Assembly: GCA_963977445.1 (NCBI GenBank)
Contig: CAXBPH010000139.1
Span: 1-17,691 of the forward strand
Length of the DNA stretch: 17,691 nt
From: an uncultured bacterium
GTDB taxonomy: Bacteria > Hydrogenedentota > Hydrogenedentia > Hydrogenedentales > JAEUWI01
Direction of reading: 5' to 3'
Part shown: positions 16,754 through 17,691 of the stretch, in pieces
How positions within the stretch are numbered: the first letter of the stretch is position 1
How the letters are laid out: each line of letters begins with the position of its first letter
Program-made: the position numbers and the translations under genes
The notes under the pieces: generated by a model
What the model was told of the DNA's origin: nothing
The model's input: the letters and a program-made list of their open reading frames with translations, nothing else
The model's database searches: none

Positions 16754-17074
16754 TCACGGCGTAGGGTTATTGAGTTCACACCCTACGTCCCGAATCAGCC
16801 TGGCTTTCAGGGTTGCCAAGCCCGCTTCATCGAGACCGGAAACCCAGACATTGTCGGGCATGATGAGCACATTGGGCCCTTCTTCGCATCGGTCCATGCA
16901 CCCGGACTTGCAGACGCGGATGTGACGGCGGAGCTGTTGGTCTTTAACCCACTGTTTGAGATCGGCGTGAAGCGCCACACTCCCACCCTCGGCACAGCAC
17001 ACCCGTTCTCCGGGCTCGCGACAATTGGTGCAGACGAAGAGGATTTTCTTGAAAGGCAATTCTTGAGTTTTCAT
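16754..17074 (-). CDS. Thioredoxin-like [2Fe-2S] ferredoxin (106 aa)
   Basis: ILFVCTN..VCC and KSGCMDRCEEGPNVLIMPDNVW Cys pattern. Start moved to ATG 17074 (ACAGGT upstream). Confidence 0.88.
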   Translation of the reverse strand: MKTQELPFKKILFVCTNCREPGERVCCAEGGSVALHADLKQWVKDQQLRRHIRVCKSGCMDRCEEGPNVLIMPDNVWVSGLDEAGLATLKARLIRDVGCELNNPTP

Positions 17075-17196
17075 TGGTGCAGTGTACCTGTTGAGATAGG
17101 GCATGGGTCTTGGGCTAGCACCCAAGGTGTCTGTAGTATGCCAGAGGTACGCGAGACTTCGCCAATGGGCTTCCGTAAATACGTAAAATCTTTTGA

Positions 17197-17225
17197 TTGA
17201 GATTTCGTTAGCGAGGGGTTACACT
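17197..17225 (+). promoter_or_regulatory. Putative sigma70 promoter for the oxidoreductase
   Basis: TTGAGA (17197-17202) - 17 nt - TACACT (17220-17225). Confidence 0.55.
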
Positions 17226-17317
17226 GTGCTCTTAATTCTACTGCGGTCTTCGTGAATGCAATGTGGGAACGCTGCCCGGACCGTGTGACCCAATAAACCC
17301 CGTGGAGTAAAAAGACC

Positions 17318-17691
17318 ATGAAAAACAACCCATCCCGCCGAAGCTTTCTAAAACATGCGGCTTTGGCCAGCGCTGCCCCGTTGATTTTGCCCCGACTGAG
17401 TTTTGCCCAGCCGGCGAACAGTCGCCTGCAGCACGCTGGTATCGGCGTTACCGCGCAGGGTGCCCATGATTTGGGTAATATCGCCAGCCACGACATGGTT
17501 GACGTTGTCGCCTTGTGTGACATCGATGAAGTGAAGTTGGGGCAGGCTGCCCAGCTTTATCCCAATGCCCGCCTCTATCGCGATTGGCGTGAAATGCTCT
17601 CTCAGGAAGAGGGCAAAATTGATTCGGTCAATGTGTCCACGCCCGATCATACCCACGCTCCGGCCTCGTACTCCGCCATTAAGCAGGGGCT
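17318..17691 (+). CDS. Tat-exported Gfo/Idh/MocA family oxidoreductase, 5' part (runs off the window)
   Basis: Hand translation: MKNNPSRRSFLKHAALASAAPLILPRLSFAQPANSRLQHAGIGVTAQG...VVALCDID...YRDWREML...IDSVNVSTPDHTHAP. Canonical SRRxFLK Tat motif; RBS GGAG at 17304-17307. Confidence 0.92.
   Translation, partial: MKNNPSRRSFLKHAALASAAPLILPRLSFAQPANSRLQHAGIGVTAQGAHDLGNIASHDMVDVVALCDIDEVKLGQAAQLYPNARLYRDWREMLSQEEGKIDSVNVSTPDHTHAPASYSAIKQG

Noticed and set aside
16353..16779. Short ORFs over the second miniature element
   Set aside because: They are translations of repeat DNA (WERRRPAC, QASRLRSQ) with no transposase motifs.
17071..17656. Minus-strand ORFs 17071-17523 and 17348-17656
   Set aside because: They overlap the Gfo/Idh/MocA gene on the plus strand, which has much stronger motif support.

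Overview
Chromosomal, GC-rich bacterial window with nine credible genes. Gene content and repeat types suggest a PVC/Hydrogenedentes-like organism, but that is inference only. In order: an exported intradiol-dioxygenase-family protein (+); a signal-peptide-bearing class I SAM methyltransferase (-) bracketed by 30-bp direct repeats; three large co-oriented secreted proteins (-), namely a PcRGLX/YetA-like (PL26) lyase, a DUF3604/PHP-type metallohydrolase and a DxDxDG-rich protein with a C-terminal DUF4861-like domain; a divergent heparinase II/III-family protein (+); a membrane M28-fold protein with substituted metal ligands (+); a thioredoxin-like [2Fe-2S] ferredoxin (-); and the 5' part of a Tat-exported Gfo/Idh/MocA oxidoreductase (+) absent from the ORF track. 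No rRNA, tRNA, CRISPR array, integrase or transposase was seen. Most intergenic spacers carry small repeats of several kinds: REP-like doublets, 9-nt-periodic repeats, and a terminal-inverted-repeat miniature element with an internal REP doublet present twice in opposite orientation (143-329 and 16433-16718). All family assignments come from motif recognition by eye, not database searches.
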